Shown here one piece after another: positions 27,560-39,897 of a stretch of 64,000 nucleotides of DNA. The stretch comes from Octopus sinensis (Eukaryota), in the NCBI RefSeq assembly GCF_006345805.1, contig NC_043008.1, forward strand, positions 9,114,001 through 9,178,000, read 5' to 3'. The position numbers and the translations under genes are program-made. Position 1 is the stretch's first letter. Every line of letters starts with the position of its first letter. Below the pieces are notes generated by a model. It was not told the DNA's origin, ran no database searches, and saw nothing but the letters and a program-made list of their open reading frames with translations.

Positions 27560-27671
<112 letters not shown>

Positions 27672-27856
27672 ATCGATCCCATTGTTTAACTGGTACTTAT
27701 TTTATCAACTTCAAAAAGATGAAAGGTAAAGTCAGCCTCAGTGGAACTTGAACTCAGAGCATAAAGATGGATGAAATGCTACTCAGCATTTTGCCAGCTC
27801 ACCTCCATGTTGCTTAAAAGTAATATTAAGAGGAAGACAATAAAAAGAAGTCCTAC

Positions 27857-27975
27857 CTTAATGAAGATTTCTATTGGCTCACCAGGCTGCTTATCTTCAC
27901 AGTTGCAAATTACATTTGGATCACTGCATCGGACAAAGACCTGCTGAGGTTGACCAGTGGCATCTACAGGAACAC
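27857..27975 (-). CDS. NPHP4: Nephrocystin-4 internal exon (119 nt)
   Basis: tttag|(G)VPVDATGQPQQVFVRCSDPNVICNCEDKQPGEPIEIFIK|gtagga; conserved VRCSDPNVIC...PGEP motif; phase 1 to 0. Confidence 0.93.
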
Positions 27976-28068
27976 CTAAATGTCAAGGAAATGAAATTGA
28001 GAAAAACGTTTCTTCATTAAGAATTCATTCTAATGGAAACTGAAACAAACAGTGTTAAATATTCTTCT

Positions 28069-28152
28069 TATTATTATTATTGTTCAGGTCACTGCCTGGA
28101 ATCGAACTCGGAATCTTGTGGTTAATAGCCTGTGCTCTTAACCACTATGCCA
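28069..28152 (-). mobile_element. tRNA-like head of the hammerhead-SINE family
   Basis: Closely similar to 40115-40187 (cactgcctggaatcgaact...ctcttaaccactatgcc), followed by (AAT)n. Confidence 0.65.
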
Positions 28153-28199
28153 TATGTCTGTACCACGTCACTTTTAATCTAGGATTTACATTTGACTCT

Positions 28200-28553
28200 T
28201 TAAAGATGTTGCTGAGACCCCCTTTCGGTCATGACTGACCATGGGATTGCACCTAGAAATTTATCCTCCCAGGCACAAGTCCAGGCAAGGTTGTTTGTGG
28301 AAGGCCAGCAATCGCCCATGCATACCGGCCTCCCCTCTCCAGGCCACCAATGTTATCCAAGGGAAAGGCAAAAGGGCCGATACAGCTCGGCACCTGTGAT
28401 GTCGCAACTCATTTCTACATATGAGTGAAGTGGAGCAATGTGAAATAAAGTGTCTTGCTCAAGAACACAACACACAGCCCGGTCAGGGATTCGAACTCAC
28501 AACCTCACGATCATAAGCTCAACACTCTAACCACTGAGCCATGCGCCTTCACA
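28200..28553 (-). mobile_element. tRNA-derived SINE (family E)
   Basis: Minus-strand head ggcgcatggctcagtggttag...gagttcgaatccc, then ttcttgagcaagacacttt core; related heads at 31808-31950, 38150-38260 and 57677-57800. Confidence 0.7.
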
Positions 28554-29099
28554 CTGAATGTTTTTTTTAAGTTACTGTGCCACTAAGTATATAACATCAG
28601 AATGTTATACTGTACATCTTTCTGATGTGTCTTAAATTTCGCCCTAAATGTGTTTGACATTTGGGTGAGCTGAAGCATTGAGAAAATATGGTGTTTCATA
28701 CAGCTTCGTTTTGGATATCCTTACTATAATAAGAATGTCATTACGTGTACTTAAAATGCAAGAAAAAAAAAAAGAATATTAATTAATTATGCACCATATA
28801 TCAATCTATATAAATCAACCGAAGAAATTGAAAAATTTCCAACAATTAGATTTTAAAATGTATGGAAAAAGAAAAGAGTGCACCGTAAAGATTATAGCAA
28901 TAATGATTTGTTATTGAAATGGGATAAACAGAAGAGGTTGGAAGACAAGCGAATGATATAATAAAAGATAATGACTCAGACAATTTGTATCTAAGCAAAT
29001 TCAAAAGACTGTGGAAGTAAAAGAATGTCAAGTAATGTTATTGTCTCAGTGTTCAAACACAGAATCTGCTTGTTTATAAATACTAAACTCTTTGTATTG

Positions 29100-29425
29100 G
29101 ACACTATTAAGATTGGTGTCCTCATCTTAATTGTTGTAGTTACAACATTTCGGTCATTGTATTATTATCTGATCTTCAAATGCTGGTTGTATTCGATAAT
29201 GTTCTCAGAATTTTGAACCAAACCTTTTGTTTGATTTATAGGAACTAGTTTGAATATATCAGTGAACAATGAGGGCAAACCCTCTTCATCTCAGAAAATT
29301 CACCCTGAAATTTATCAGATCCATACAGACTCCATATAATGAGAGCAATCTGCTCTCATGGAGAACAATGGAATTGGTTTGAAATTATAACATCATTAGG
29401 GACTGCAACAGGCACTTGAATAAGG
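29100..29425 (-). pseudogene. Possible decayed Penelope-like 3' end
   Basis: Minus strand QVPVA..NFKPIPLFSM..MESVWI (GIY-YIG C-terminus-like), followed by degenerate ttgaaga...gaccgaaatgttgt...aagatgaggaca resembling the hammerhead tail family. Confidence 0.3.
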
Positions 29426-30384
29426 CAAAACATTATGACTATAACAAGATAAAGACATTAGTTCAAATAAATTTGTAGATAATAAAGATAATTCCTTATC
29501 TTAGAAATTCAATCCGAAACACTTAAAAGTCTAGAAATTTCTGAAAAATTGCACTCTCTTACTACAACAATGATTTTTTACACTGCTACATGAGTCACAT
29601 ATTTTATCTTGCTTAATACATTTCGGCCTTACCTGATCTTTAGAATTGTTACCTATGTCCCCTTCCCTAACCAATTTACCATTTCTCATCTTCCTCCCAT
29701 TCATTCCTATTGTTTTCACCTACCCACAATTCTTGGCTCCTTAGACTCCACTCACTTCGGCTCACCTTGTACATAGCTTGTGAGTCTACCCAGACACCTC
29801 ATCACCACACTTTTTACCTCTTTTCAGCCCCATTCCGATCACCCACACCTATTCTAAAATGTGAGTAGTCCTGTAGCTCCTCTACAGCAGGAAAACTGCT
29901 TTTCTGCTCTGGCTCCTTTACTCATACTTCTAGCATAAAGCTTCCCCAACTCTCGGGGTTCATAGTCTTGCAAGTGGCACGGTGACCTCACTAGTGATGG
30001 TGGCATAAAAAAAAAACAACAGCACCCAATGCATGCTGTAAAATGCTGGACATTAGGAAGGATATCCAGCTATAGAAAACATGCCAAAGGAGACAGTGGA
30101 CCTCAATGCAGTCCTTCAACCCATCAGATCTTCTCAATCCATTCAATCTATGCCAGCAGGGAACATGAACATTTCAATGATAATGATTTAATTATGATGA
30201 CAGTGAAAACACCTGTTTCCCGTACTGGCACGGGTTGGATGGCTTGAAAAAAGTTGACAAACCAGAGGACAGGATGAAGTTCCAATGTCTGTTTTGGCAT
30301 GGTTTTTATGACTGGATGTGCTTCCTAACACCGACCACTTTACAGAGTGTACTGGGTGCTTTTTACGTGACACCGGCACAGGTG

Positions 30385-30956
30385 CTTTATCTGTGGTACC
30401 AGCACAGGTGTTTTATACATGGCACCAGCAGCAGGGCTTTTTTATGTGGCACCAGCACCAGTTATTTTCATGTGGCATCAGCACCAGTATATTTCATGTG
30501 GCACCAGTGCTTTTCATGTGGCAACAGCACCAGTTCTTTTCATGTGGCATCAGCACCAGTGCTTTTCATGTGGCACCAGCACCAGTTCTTTTCATGTGGC
30601 ATCAGCACCATTGCTTTTCATGTGGCACCAGTGCTTTTCATGTGGTACCAGTGCTTTTCATGTGGCATCAGCACCACTACTTTTCATGAGGCATCTACAC
30701 CAGTGCTTTCATGTGGCACCAGCACAAGTGCTTTTCATGTGGCACCAGCACCAGTGCTGTTCATGTGGTACCAGCACTAGTGCTTTTTATGTGGCATCAG
30801 CACCAGTACTTTTCATGTGGCATCTGCACCAGTGCTTTCATGTGGCACCAGTGCTTTTCATGTGGTACCAGTGCTTTTCATGTGACATAAGTACCAGTGC
30901 TTTCCATGTGGCATCATCAACCAGTGCTTTTTACATGGTACCAGGACCAGTGCTTT
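30385..30956. repeat. 20/26-bp minisatellite (gcaccagtgcttttcatgtg[gcatca])
   Basis: More than 20 units continuing directly from a family B copy (30210-30385). Confidence 0.9.
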
Positions 30957-32387
30957 AAGAGACAGATACAAAAGTCAGTGTTTGCAGAAGTATATCTGAG
31001 ACAAGTATATTACTGGTACTTATTTTTATTAATCTAAGATAGATAAGAGGCTAAATTAACTCAGAAAGTGTGCTACAAACTGAAATACTGTTTTGAGATT
31101 ATTCATTAAGTGGAGATAAATAAAATCAATATTTGGTGAAAAACAGAAAAATCCTATTCTTTCTTTTATTTTCATTCATTATTCTTTTGTAGTTTTGTGT
31201 GTATGTATGTGTGTATCTGTTTGTGTAATTATGTGTATGGTTGTGTATATATGTGCTAAAGTGTGTATGTATACATAAATGTTTGTATATATTGCATATA
31301 TTATACACGTATATATAAAACATACACACATGCATACGCACATACACAGATACATACACAGATGTACGTAATTCTTGTTTATATATTTTCTTTTAAATTT
31401 TATTCTTTTTCTTTTTTTATTCATTTTTCTTTCAATATATTCTGTCTTTTATTCAAATTCAAAATCTACTTTAAACTTTAATTATATTTCGTTATTTTCT
31501 TTTATATTTCTTCTAGGTTTTTCACAAGAAATCCTTAAGTTTTAGAAGAAATTAAAATATTTTTCAAAAACCAACAATGACGAAATATACATATAAATGA
31601 AAATAAAAAATAAAAATTTTAAAAAATGAATGAGATAAAATAGATAAATAGCAAACAAAAATAAACACAGAAATAAAGATATAAATAAGAAAAATATACA
31701 AGCAAACAAAACAAAAAGAAATATCAGACAGTGTACTCGGTGGTAGGAACAAACTTGACTTAACACATGCACCACACAAGCAGTGTGTGTGTGTGTGTGT
31801 GTGAGAGAAGGCATGTGGCTCAGTGGTTAGAGCATCGGACTTCCAATCATGAGGTAGTGAGTTCAATTCTCAGACCAGGCTGTGTGTTGTGTTCTTGGGC
31901 AAGGCACTTCATTTCATGTTGCTCCAACCACTCAACTGTAGAAATAAGCTACCAGATGGGTGAAGACAGTGCAGGATGGCCTTGTGAGTGGATCTGGTAA
32001 ACGGAAACTGAAAGAAGCCTTGTGCATGTGTGCATGCATGCATGCGTGTGTATATTTGTCCAGTACCACTGTTTGACAACCAGCATCAGTGTGTTTAAAT
32101 TCCTGTAACTTAGCAGTTTGGCAAAAGACACCGATAGAATAAGTATTAGGCTTAAAAAAGAAATTTAGTTCAGCTAAAATCCCTTAATGTGCTGCCCCAG
32201 CATGGGCAAAATCTAAGGACTGAATCAAGTAAAAGATAAAATATAAATATTTGATTGCATGTACATATAAAAATAATAATTAACCAAATAAGAAACAAAG
32301 AAATAATGATACAAGTTGATGCTATTAACTAAATGTATCTTAGGCCATTCACAAAATGTTATTCACACATAACTATTACAATATTAA

Positions 32388-32486
32388 CACTTACACGTTC
32401 GCGCATGTGCTCTTAAACGTTCGTGCATGCGCACGAACACGTTCGCGCATGTGCACTTACACGTTCGCGCATGCGCACTTACACGT
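32388..32486. repeat. 22-bp CpG-rich tandem repeat
   Basis: About 4.5 copies of cacttacacgttcgcgcatgcg. Confidence 0.85.
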
Positions 32487-32487
32487 A

Positions 32488-33162
32488 AATATAACAATAT
32501 AACAAAGAATTTAGTAAAATAACTTAGTTATCATTAAGCTAAATCATTTGTACTACAGAGCCAGTGGTGGTTTCAGCCGGGTTGGTATCGAAAGGGTTAA
32601 ACACACCTCTACATTTGGGCTGATGCACATTAGAAGCAGTTGGAAGGGTGTGGATTGAAGGAAATTTAGACTATTATTTCTGCTGATTATTTTTCTTCTT
32701 AACCCTTTCGTTACTGTATTTATTTTGAGATGCTCTGTGTTTCTTTCAATTAATTTTAAATGATAAAGAATTTAGTAAAATAACTTAGTTATCATTCAGC
32801 TAGTGTTAGGAACATAAATTGTGACTAAAGTTTGGTGGAAGATTTTAATTAAGAACTTTTGAAAATAAGACATTTGTAATACAGAGCCAGAGGTGGTTTC
32901 AGCCATGTTGGCATCAAAGGGTTAAAAATAGCATGGTGACTTTAACCCTTTTATTATCCTATTTCTGTTGAGATGCTCTGTGTTTCTTTCAATTAATTTT
33001 AAATATAACAAAGAAAATAACTTAGTTATCATTAAGCTAGTGTTAGGAACATAAATTGTGACTAAGGTTTGGTGGAAGATTTTAATTCAAAATTTATGAA
33101 AACAAGACGTTTGTACTCAGAGCCAGATCCAGTTTCAGCTGGGTTGGTATCAGAAGGGTTAA
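32488..33162. mobile_element. Cluster of piggyBac-type MITEs (one partial plus two full copies: 32703-32921, 32946-33158)
   Basis: TTAA|CCCTTT...AAGGG|TTAA termini; the internal sequence is shared among the three copies. Confidence 0.8.
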
Positions 33163-33732
33163 AGAAAGAAAGAAAGAACATAACAGAAGGAAAAAGTAAA
33201 TTAAACATACAGTGACAGAAAAAACACAATGAGAGAGAAAAAAAATATGGTTGTTTCAAAATGAGTTCCAAATTGGCTTTTCATTCACAAAAGCGCATAG
33301 TCAGCAATTAATGACAGTGCCCCAGCATGGGCATGGCCTCTGGCTGAAACATAATACAATAACCGAGAAACATGACACAGAAAACAAATTGGTAAATGAA
33401 TAACAAGGAGAAAACAAATATGAAAGAAGAGAAATGACAGAAAATTTCCAACTAGAATTTTCCGTTTCTTTAGAAGTCCACAACAAATAACCTGATCTCC
33501 GCTGGCAATTATTAAGTCTACTACTATGCTTATATTTTTTTTTCCAGTTAAGGAAAAGAACTCAACTTCATTCTGTTGTTACCAAGCTTATAATCAGTCG
33601 TGCAAGTGTAAGGACAAACCAGTTTATACTAGTTTCGAGTTTTGGCACAAGGCCGGCAATTTCAGAGGAGAGACTAAGTCGATTACATCAACCCCAGCGC
33701 TCTATTGGTACCTATTTTATTGACCCTGAAAG

Positions 33733-33930
33733 TATGAAAAGCAAAGTCAACCCCAAAAAGATGAAAGGCAAAGTCGACCGCGAAAAGATGAAAGGCAAAG
33801 TCGACCCCAAAAAGATGAAAGGCAAAGTCAACCCCAAAAAGACGAAAGGCAAAGTCGACCCCAAAAAGACGAAAGGCAAAGTCGACCCCAAAAAGACGAA
33901 AGGCAAAATCAACCCCAAAAAGATGAACGG
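33733..33930. repeat. 27-bp minisatellite derived from the SINE family C central domain
   Basis: About 7 copies of aaaagatgaaaggcaaagtcgacccca. Confidence 0.9.
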
Positions 33931-34519
33931 CAAGCAGTGATGGGGGACAAACAATGATACACACACACATACACACACACACATATATGCAATGGGCTTC
34001 ATTCAGTTTCCATCTACCAAATCCACTCACATGGCTTTGATTGGCCCAAGGTTACAGCAGAAGACATTTACTCAAAGTACCATACGGTGGGACTGAACCT
34101 AGAACCATGTGGTTGGTAAGTAAGCTTTTTTACCACACAGCCAAGCCATTTCTTTTTCTACATCTGAGGACTAAGATCTGGGTATGGAGTGTGGATATCC
34201 ACTCTCTCTCTTCTATCTAAAACCCCACAATAACTGAATGTGTGCATTATAGAGTTGAAAAGCTTTTAGAAAAAGTATCAACGCCTGAGGACAAAGATAA
34301 CATATGTCTACTAATACGGGAGACTGGCTCTTATTAATATAATGAAATTTCCCATTATTAACCTAATAAAAGTCTTTTTTTTTTTTTTAAGTGCTTAAAT
34401 CTAATATTATGTCTAGAAAATTAAATTTTGCAAAGTTACTCTTGACAATAATTTATAATTCTCATTGAAATTATATTTCTTCTAAATTTATCTACATTGT
34501 GTCTATTCATATTTATTTT

Positions 34520-34911
34520 TTCACTTGTTTCAGTCATTTGACTGCGGCCATGCTGGAGCACCGCCTTTAATCGAGCAACTCGACCCCGGGACTTATTCTT
34601 TTTTTGTAAGCCCAGTACTTATTCTATGGGTCTCTTTTGCCGAACCGCTTAGTAACGGGGACATAAACACACCATCATTGGTTGTCAAGCAATGCTAGGG
34701 GGACAAACACAGACACACAAATACACACACGCATATATATATATATACGACGGGCTTCTTTCAGTTTCCGTCTACCAAATCCACTCACAAGGCTTTGGTC
34801 GGCCCGAGGCTATAGTAGAAGACACTTGCCCAAGGTGCCACGCAGTGGGACTGAACCCGGAACCATGTGGTCGGTAAACAAGCTACTTACCACGCAGCCA
34901 CTCCTGCGCCT
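34520..34911 (-). mobile_element. SINE family A, full length
   Basis: Reverse complement of the 1691-2112 consensus. Confidence 0.85.
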
Positions 34912-37109
34912 CATATTTTGTTAGAGAAAAATAACTGATCACCAAGATAGCACCCTCCATCCAACACAGTGAAGTTACCATGGCAACAAATTTAAAATAT
35001 ATATAAACGAATGATTTCACACACCTCCACACCTTCAAAGCAACCAAAGCCACATCAAACAAATTTTTCTTTCTCAATTCTGCATTTTCACAAAACAAAC
35101 AAAAAAAAAATTCTTAGCATGCAGAACAATATCAACATCTGAATTGCAAATTGGATTAATGGCATTGGTGTAGGTTAAATTTGTGGCAGTAACATCTGAC
35201 TGATAGATATAAAAAAAAAAAAAATTCACAATATCAAAATGATAAAAAAGAAGAAACAAATTTGCTTAATAATGATGTTATTAAACCTTTCTACAAATGA
35301 AAAACTATTATTCTATAATCGGAACTGGACTACTTTTCAAAGACAAGAAATAGGGTCTAAGATTTCTTTACTATATATAACTAAAGCTGTTATCCTTACT
35401 AGGCCAAAATCTGTTTAGTGTAGGTTTTAATTAAACTTCACTTAGGCTTGTTAGAAAAAAAGTGTTCTTATGATCTTTCAGTGTGATGTATGGTGATAAA
35501 AGGTGAAAGATCTCTGCACTATCATCTGTTTTAAATATGAATGACGTCTCTTTGGCTTCAAGCTTAACAGCTAAGTGGATATTGAAATGAAAATTTTTTT
35601 TATACATACTGGTTAGGCTCTCAGATAAGAATCTTTTATAAACATTTTTATCGAAACTATTAAGATTTTTGCCTCTGTTCTTTCTACGGCTGTTCTTTAG
35701 TATACTGTGCTATGTAAAAATTGAATGATTGTTCCCAAAACAAAATCTGACATCAGAATTAGAGCAAATAGTTTTTAAGACCAGACATTACTTGTACAAG
35801 CATGTGCTAATCCAAGGAGGAAATTTGCTACGAGGTTTTGAAATGTTTTTGGAGAATAAGGGAAAATAATGTTAGAACTGTAATGATGCCATCTTGAAAA
35901 TCTCCAGCACGCATGCGCAGGGCTGGAGTCTTCTGGGAGGCCTACCAGAAGTTCCCTCATGTGCATGCGCAGAAAACTAGCAGCGGTGAAATTCCCTCGT
36001 ATTGCTCTTTTGAACGCCAGCAGCTGAACAAGACAGATGTGTTTTAGCAGCTCTCTCAAGCTGCTGCCTCGTGGCATATCCCCACTATGCTTGAATGGAC
36101 AGGATTTGGCTCACTGCACTTGACTACTGCGATAAGCTCCTAGGCTGCCGATCACCCAGAAAGAAGAATGTATATATTGCAAATCAAGAAATAAATATTT
36201 ATACTGTTGAAGTAGACTGGAATTCTTGACTCTTTCTTCAATTAATATTTAATGTAAAAGGATGTGAGCTGCACCCATCCAGTGCAGGGACTTATCATCC
36301 TGTTACAGCACTAAACAGATCTGTCCTTATTTTCAACCTTAAGTATGGAATAAAACTCAAAACATAATTAAAACCTTGAATATAATGTTACAAAACGAAA
36401 GTGAAAGTAAGTTATCATCGTTGCTCAACCAAAAATATTGTTGCAGAACAAAAGAAATTTAAATTTAAGAAGTGATTCACTTAAAAATTGCTTGCATAGA
36501 TTAGAAGAATGAATTCTTATCAGAGTAAATTTCAAGGGACATAACCCACAAGAGAAAAATTCTCAGCAAAGAAGATCGCTAGTTTTTGCTTTCCTCTTCA
36601 TCTTTTGTAATTCATTTACTAATTCATTATCTGTGTCACATTGCAAACTGTTTTTTGATTATCAGGTCTGGCTTTGTGAATGAAAAACTAATTAGGAACT
36701 CATTTTAAAACTTAACCATATTTTTTTTTTCACACACTGATATTTTTTTCACCCTGTTTGATAAACTTATTTTCTCATTCTGTAGCATTCTTTCTTCCTC
36801 TCGTTAATATTGTAAATAGTGAGTGTGAATACTATTTTGCGAATGGCTTAAAATAGCTTCAATTAACATGAATTATATTTCTATTTTTATTTATATTTTC
36901 AGTTGTTTTTATTTTTTTCACTTTTGTAAATACACCCAATCAAATATCTCTATTCAATTTCATTTTTACATATGCCTCAAACAAAATACTTCTTAGTTTT
37001 AATTTTTCCTTTATTTTATCAATAGTTTCCAGTTTCATTTCTCGGATTTCATTTGAGAACCAAGCTGGAAGTTTTAGCTTAGTATATGTATGTGCATGTG
37101 CCTCTATGC

Positions 37110-37426
37110 ATGTGTATGTTGTTGTTTGTTCCTTCTCGAGCCATGCCTGGCTCATAAGGGCCGGTTTCCCAGTTTCCTTGACGTATAGGTTCCCCACCTG
37201 GATGGCACACCGGTCTGTCGCAGGTGAACTGCAAGTTGCAGGAGGAAAGAGTGAGAGAAAGTAGTGGCAAAAGAGTCAGCAAAAGTTCACCATTACCTTC
37301 TGCCAGAGCCGCATGGAGCTTAGGTGTTTCGTTCATAAACACACACATTGCTTGGTCTGAGATTCAAACCCGCAATCCCTCGACTGCGAGTCCGCTGCTC
37401 TACCCACTAGGCCATGTGCCTCCACT
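37110..37426 (-). mobile_element. SINE family D (tRNA head, V-domain-like segment, AAC tail)
   Basis: Head tggcctagtgggtag...ggtttgaatc; cctgcgacagaccggtgtgccatccagg segment; the tail is shared with 38150-38360. Confidence 0.65.
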
Positions 37427-37439
37427 ATATGTATGTAGG

Positions 37440-37808
37440 TGAGTGGGGGGGTGATTGTGTGGAGTGTGAGTGAGAGCACCTGTGGTGGGTGGAGGTACCA
37501 GCGTGTGGGGGTGCGGGTGCCAGTATGTGGGTGTGGAGGTGCTTGCATGTAGGTGTAGGGATGCCTGTGGGAGAGTGCCTGTCTCTGGGTATGGGGATGC
37601 CTGTGTGTGGGAGTACCTGTGTGTGGGAGTGTCTGTGTGTGTGGGTGCCTGTTTGTGGGGTTGTCTGTATGGGGGAGTCCCTGTGTGTGGGGATGCCTGC
37701 ATGTGGGGGATGCCTGTGTGGGGGGTGCCTGTGTGTGTGGGTGCCTGTGAGTGGGGATACCTGTGTGTGTGTGTGAGGCGTGCCTTGGTGTGGGTGTGTG
37801 TGTGTGTG
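37440..37808. repeat. G-rich degenerate tandem repeat (gtgtggggatgcctgt)
   Basis: Direct reading of the sequence. Confidence 0.8.
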
Positions 37809-37876
37809 TAAATTGTTTTTCTTCGGTTCCTTCTCTGGCTAAAAAAGTAAAAAAACCACAAAATTATTTTACTGAC

Positions 37877-38033
37877 CTGGAAGTGTGTGATAGGATGGCA
37901 GGTGGATGGATTTCTTCATGAAAGATTGCTCTGGCTGGTAAAAACGAAATGTCTGATCGATGACATGAGGCTGGAACATGAGTTTGAGGTAGAGGATGGC
38001 GATAATTCCACCACTTGATGCTCTGAATTGTAT
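37877..38033 (-). CDS. NPHP4: Nephrocystin-4 internal exon (157 nt)
   Basis: aaag|[52 protein letters not shown](G)|gtcagt; matches the NPHP4 [21 protein letters not shown] motif; phase 0 to 1. Confidence 0.92.
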
Positions 38034-38884
38034 CTTTTATTTACAGCAAGGAACCACAGCAAAGAGAAATGGAAAAGGAGAAAAGGAAACAAATAGAGAA
38101 AAATGTCATTGCATCGTTATAGAAAATTTTATCTAATTATGTAAAACATAGGGTGTTGGATTTATGATCGTAAGATTGTGGTTTCAATTCCTGGACCGGG
38201 CAACACATTGTGTTCTTGAGCAAGACACTTCATTTCATGTTGCTCCAGTCTGTTCAAGTGGCACCAATGAGTAACCCTGAGACAGACCAGTGTCCCCTCC
38301 CAGTGGAAACTGGGAAACCAGCCCTTATGAGTCAGTATGAGTTGGGAAGGGACTTTACCTTTATTCTTATGTAAAATAGATGTATTCCTAACGAAGATAA
38401 TCGTTAAATTCTATAAACTGGTGACTGGTCATGGGTAAGATTTGTAGACAAAAGACCTCAAAAGACACATTTGTGACTCAGGAGTCAATTCAGTTCAAAG
38501 TATTACAGAGTGTCAGTGTACTCCACTTCTTTTGTGTAATTTTTTATATTGCTTCGTTTGATCTTATACCTATGTGCACACACATACATCATCATCATCA
38601 TCATCATGATCAATATTTGACATCTGTTTTCCATGCTGGCATGGCTGGGACAGCTTGACAGGAACTGGCATGGCTAAGGGCCACACCAGCTTACCCTGTC
38701 TCTTTTGGCATGGTTTCTACAGCTGGATGCCCTTCAAAATGCCAACCACTTTACACAGTATACCAGGTGCTTTTATCTGGCACCAGCACCTACACCAATG
38801 CTTTTTACATGGCACTCTGGTTGTAGGATCTCAATTCTGTTGTGGTGGGCAAGTCCTCTTGAGAACAGCAATGTTACACATATC

Positions 38885-39340
38885 TTGTGCTAGTAGGGTA
38901 CCAAGAGCACCATCCAAGCATGATCGTTGCCAGAGAGCACCATCCAAGCGTGATCGTTGCCAGAGAGCACCATTCGAGTGTGGTCGTTGCCAGAGCGGCT
39001 AACTGGCTTCCGTGCCAGTGGCACGTAAAAGGGCACCATTCAAGCGTGATCATTACCAGCGTCGCCTTACTGGCACCTGTGCCGGTGGCATCTGTAAAGA
39101 AGATTTAAGCGAGGTTATTGCCAGTACCACCTGACTGGCCCCTGTGCCGGTGACACATAAAAAGCACCCACTTCACTGTTGGAGTGGTTGGCATTAGGAA
39201 GGGCATCCAGCTGTAGAAACTCTGCCAGATCAAGATTGGGGAGTCTGGTGCAGCCATCTGGTTCGCCAGCCCTCAGTCAAAATCGTCCAACCAATGCCAG
39301 CATGGAAAGCGGACGTTAAGCGATGATGATGATGATGATG
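38885..39340 (+). mobile_element. Family B copy with 31-bp internal triplication
   Basis: agagcaccatccaagcgtgatcgttgccag x3 at about 38904-38996. Confidence 0.8.
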
Positions 39341-39354
39341 ATCTCATTCGTCTG

Positions 39355-39385
<31 letters not shown>

Positions 39386-39522
39386 TGCAAAGACGAAGGC
39401 CTCACAGGAAAGGTTCCTTTGTTCATTTACAAGTCTTCAATGCAATTTGCATGGAGAGATCACAATTGCTGTTGCATTGCCTAGGAATGCTCTGACGTTA
39501 AATATTACATCACATATTCTAA

Positions 39523-39565
<43 letters not shown>

Positions 39566-39897
39566 TGCACCTGCATGCATGTGTGTGTGTATGTATGTGT
39601 CTCATCTGTATGGCATCATCTAAACGGTAGAGAATATTAAATGCTACTTTATCTGTGAGACAATCTATAAGATAAATAGCTATCTATAATGTTATTCTGC
39701 TAATCCCAACGTGTGTTAGAGTGTTAAATCCTAAGTGATCTTAACTGTGGAATGAAATAATTAAAGACAGAACTGAAATCTTATAAGCATAATGAAACAA
39801 GTTCTAGTGGTACACATTGAAATGTAATCAAAATCTTGAATATAATGAAATAATGGCAAGTAAATCTATACATTTAGTCATTTAAACAAAAATATAG

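Noticed and set aside
30385-30956. CRISPR-like regular repeats (also 33733-33930 and 45717-46127)
   Set aside because: No unique spacers, no cas genes, eukaryotic context; these are ordinary minisatellites.
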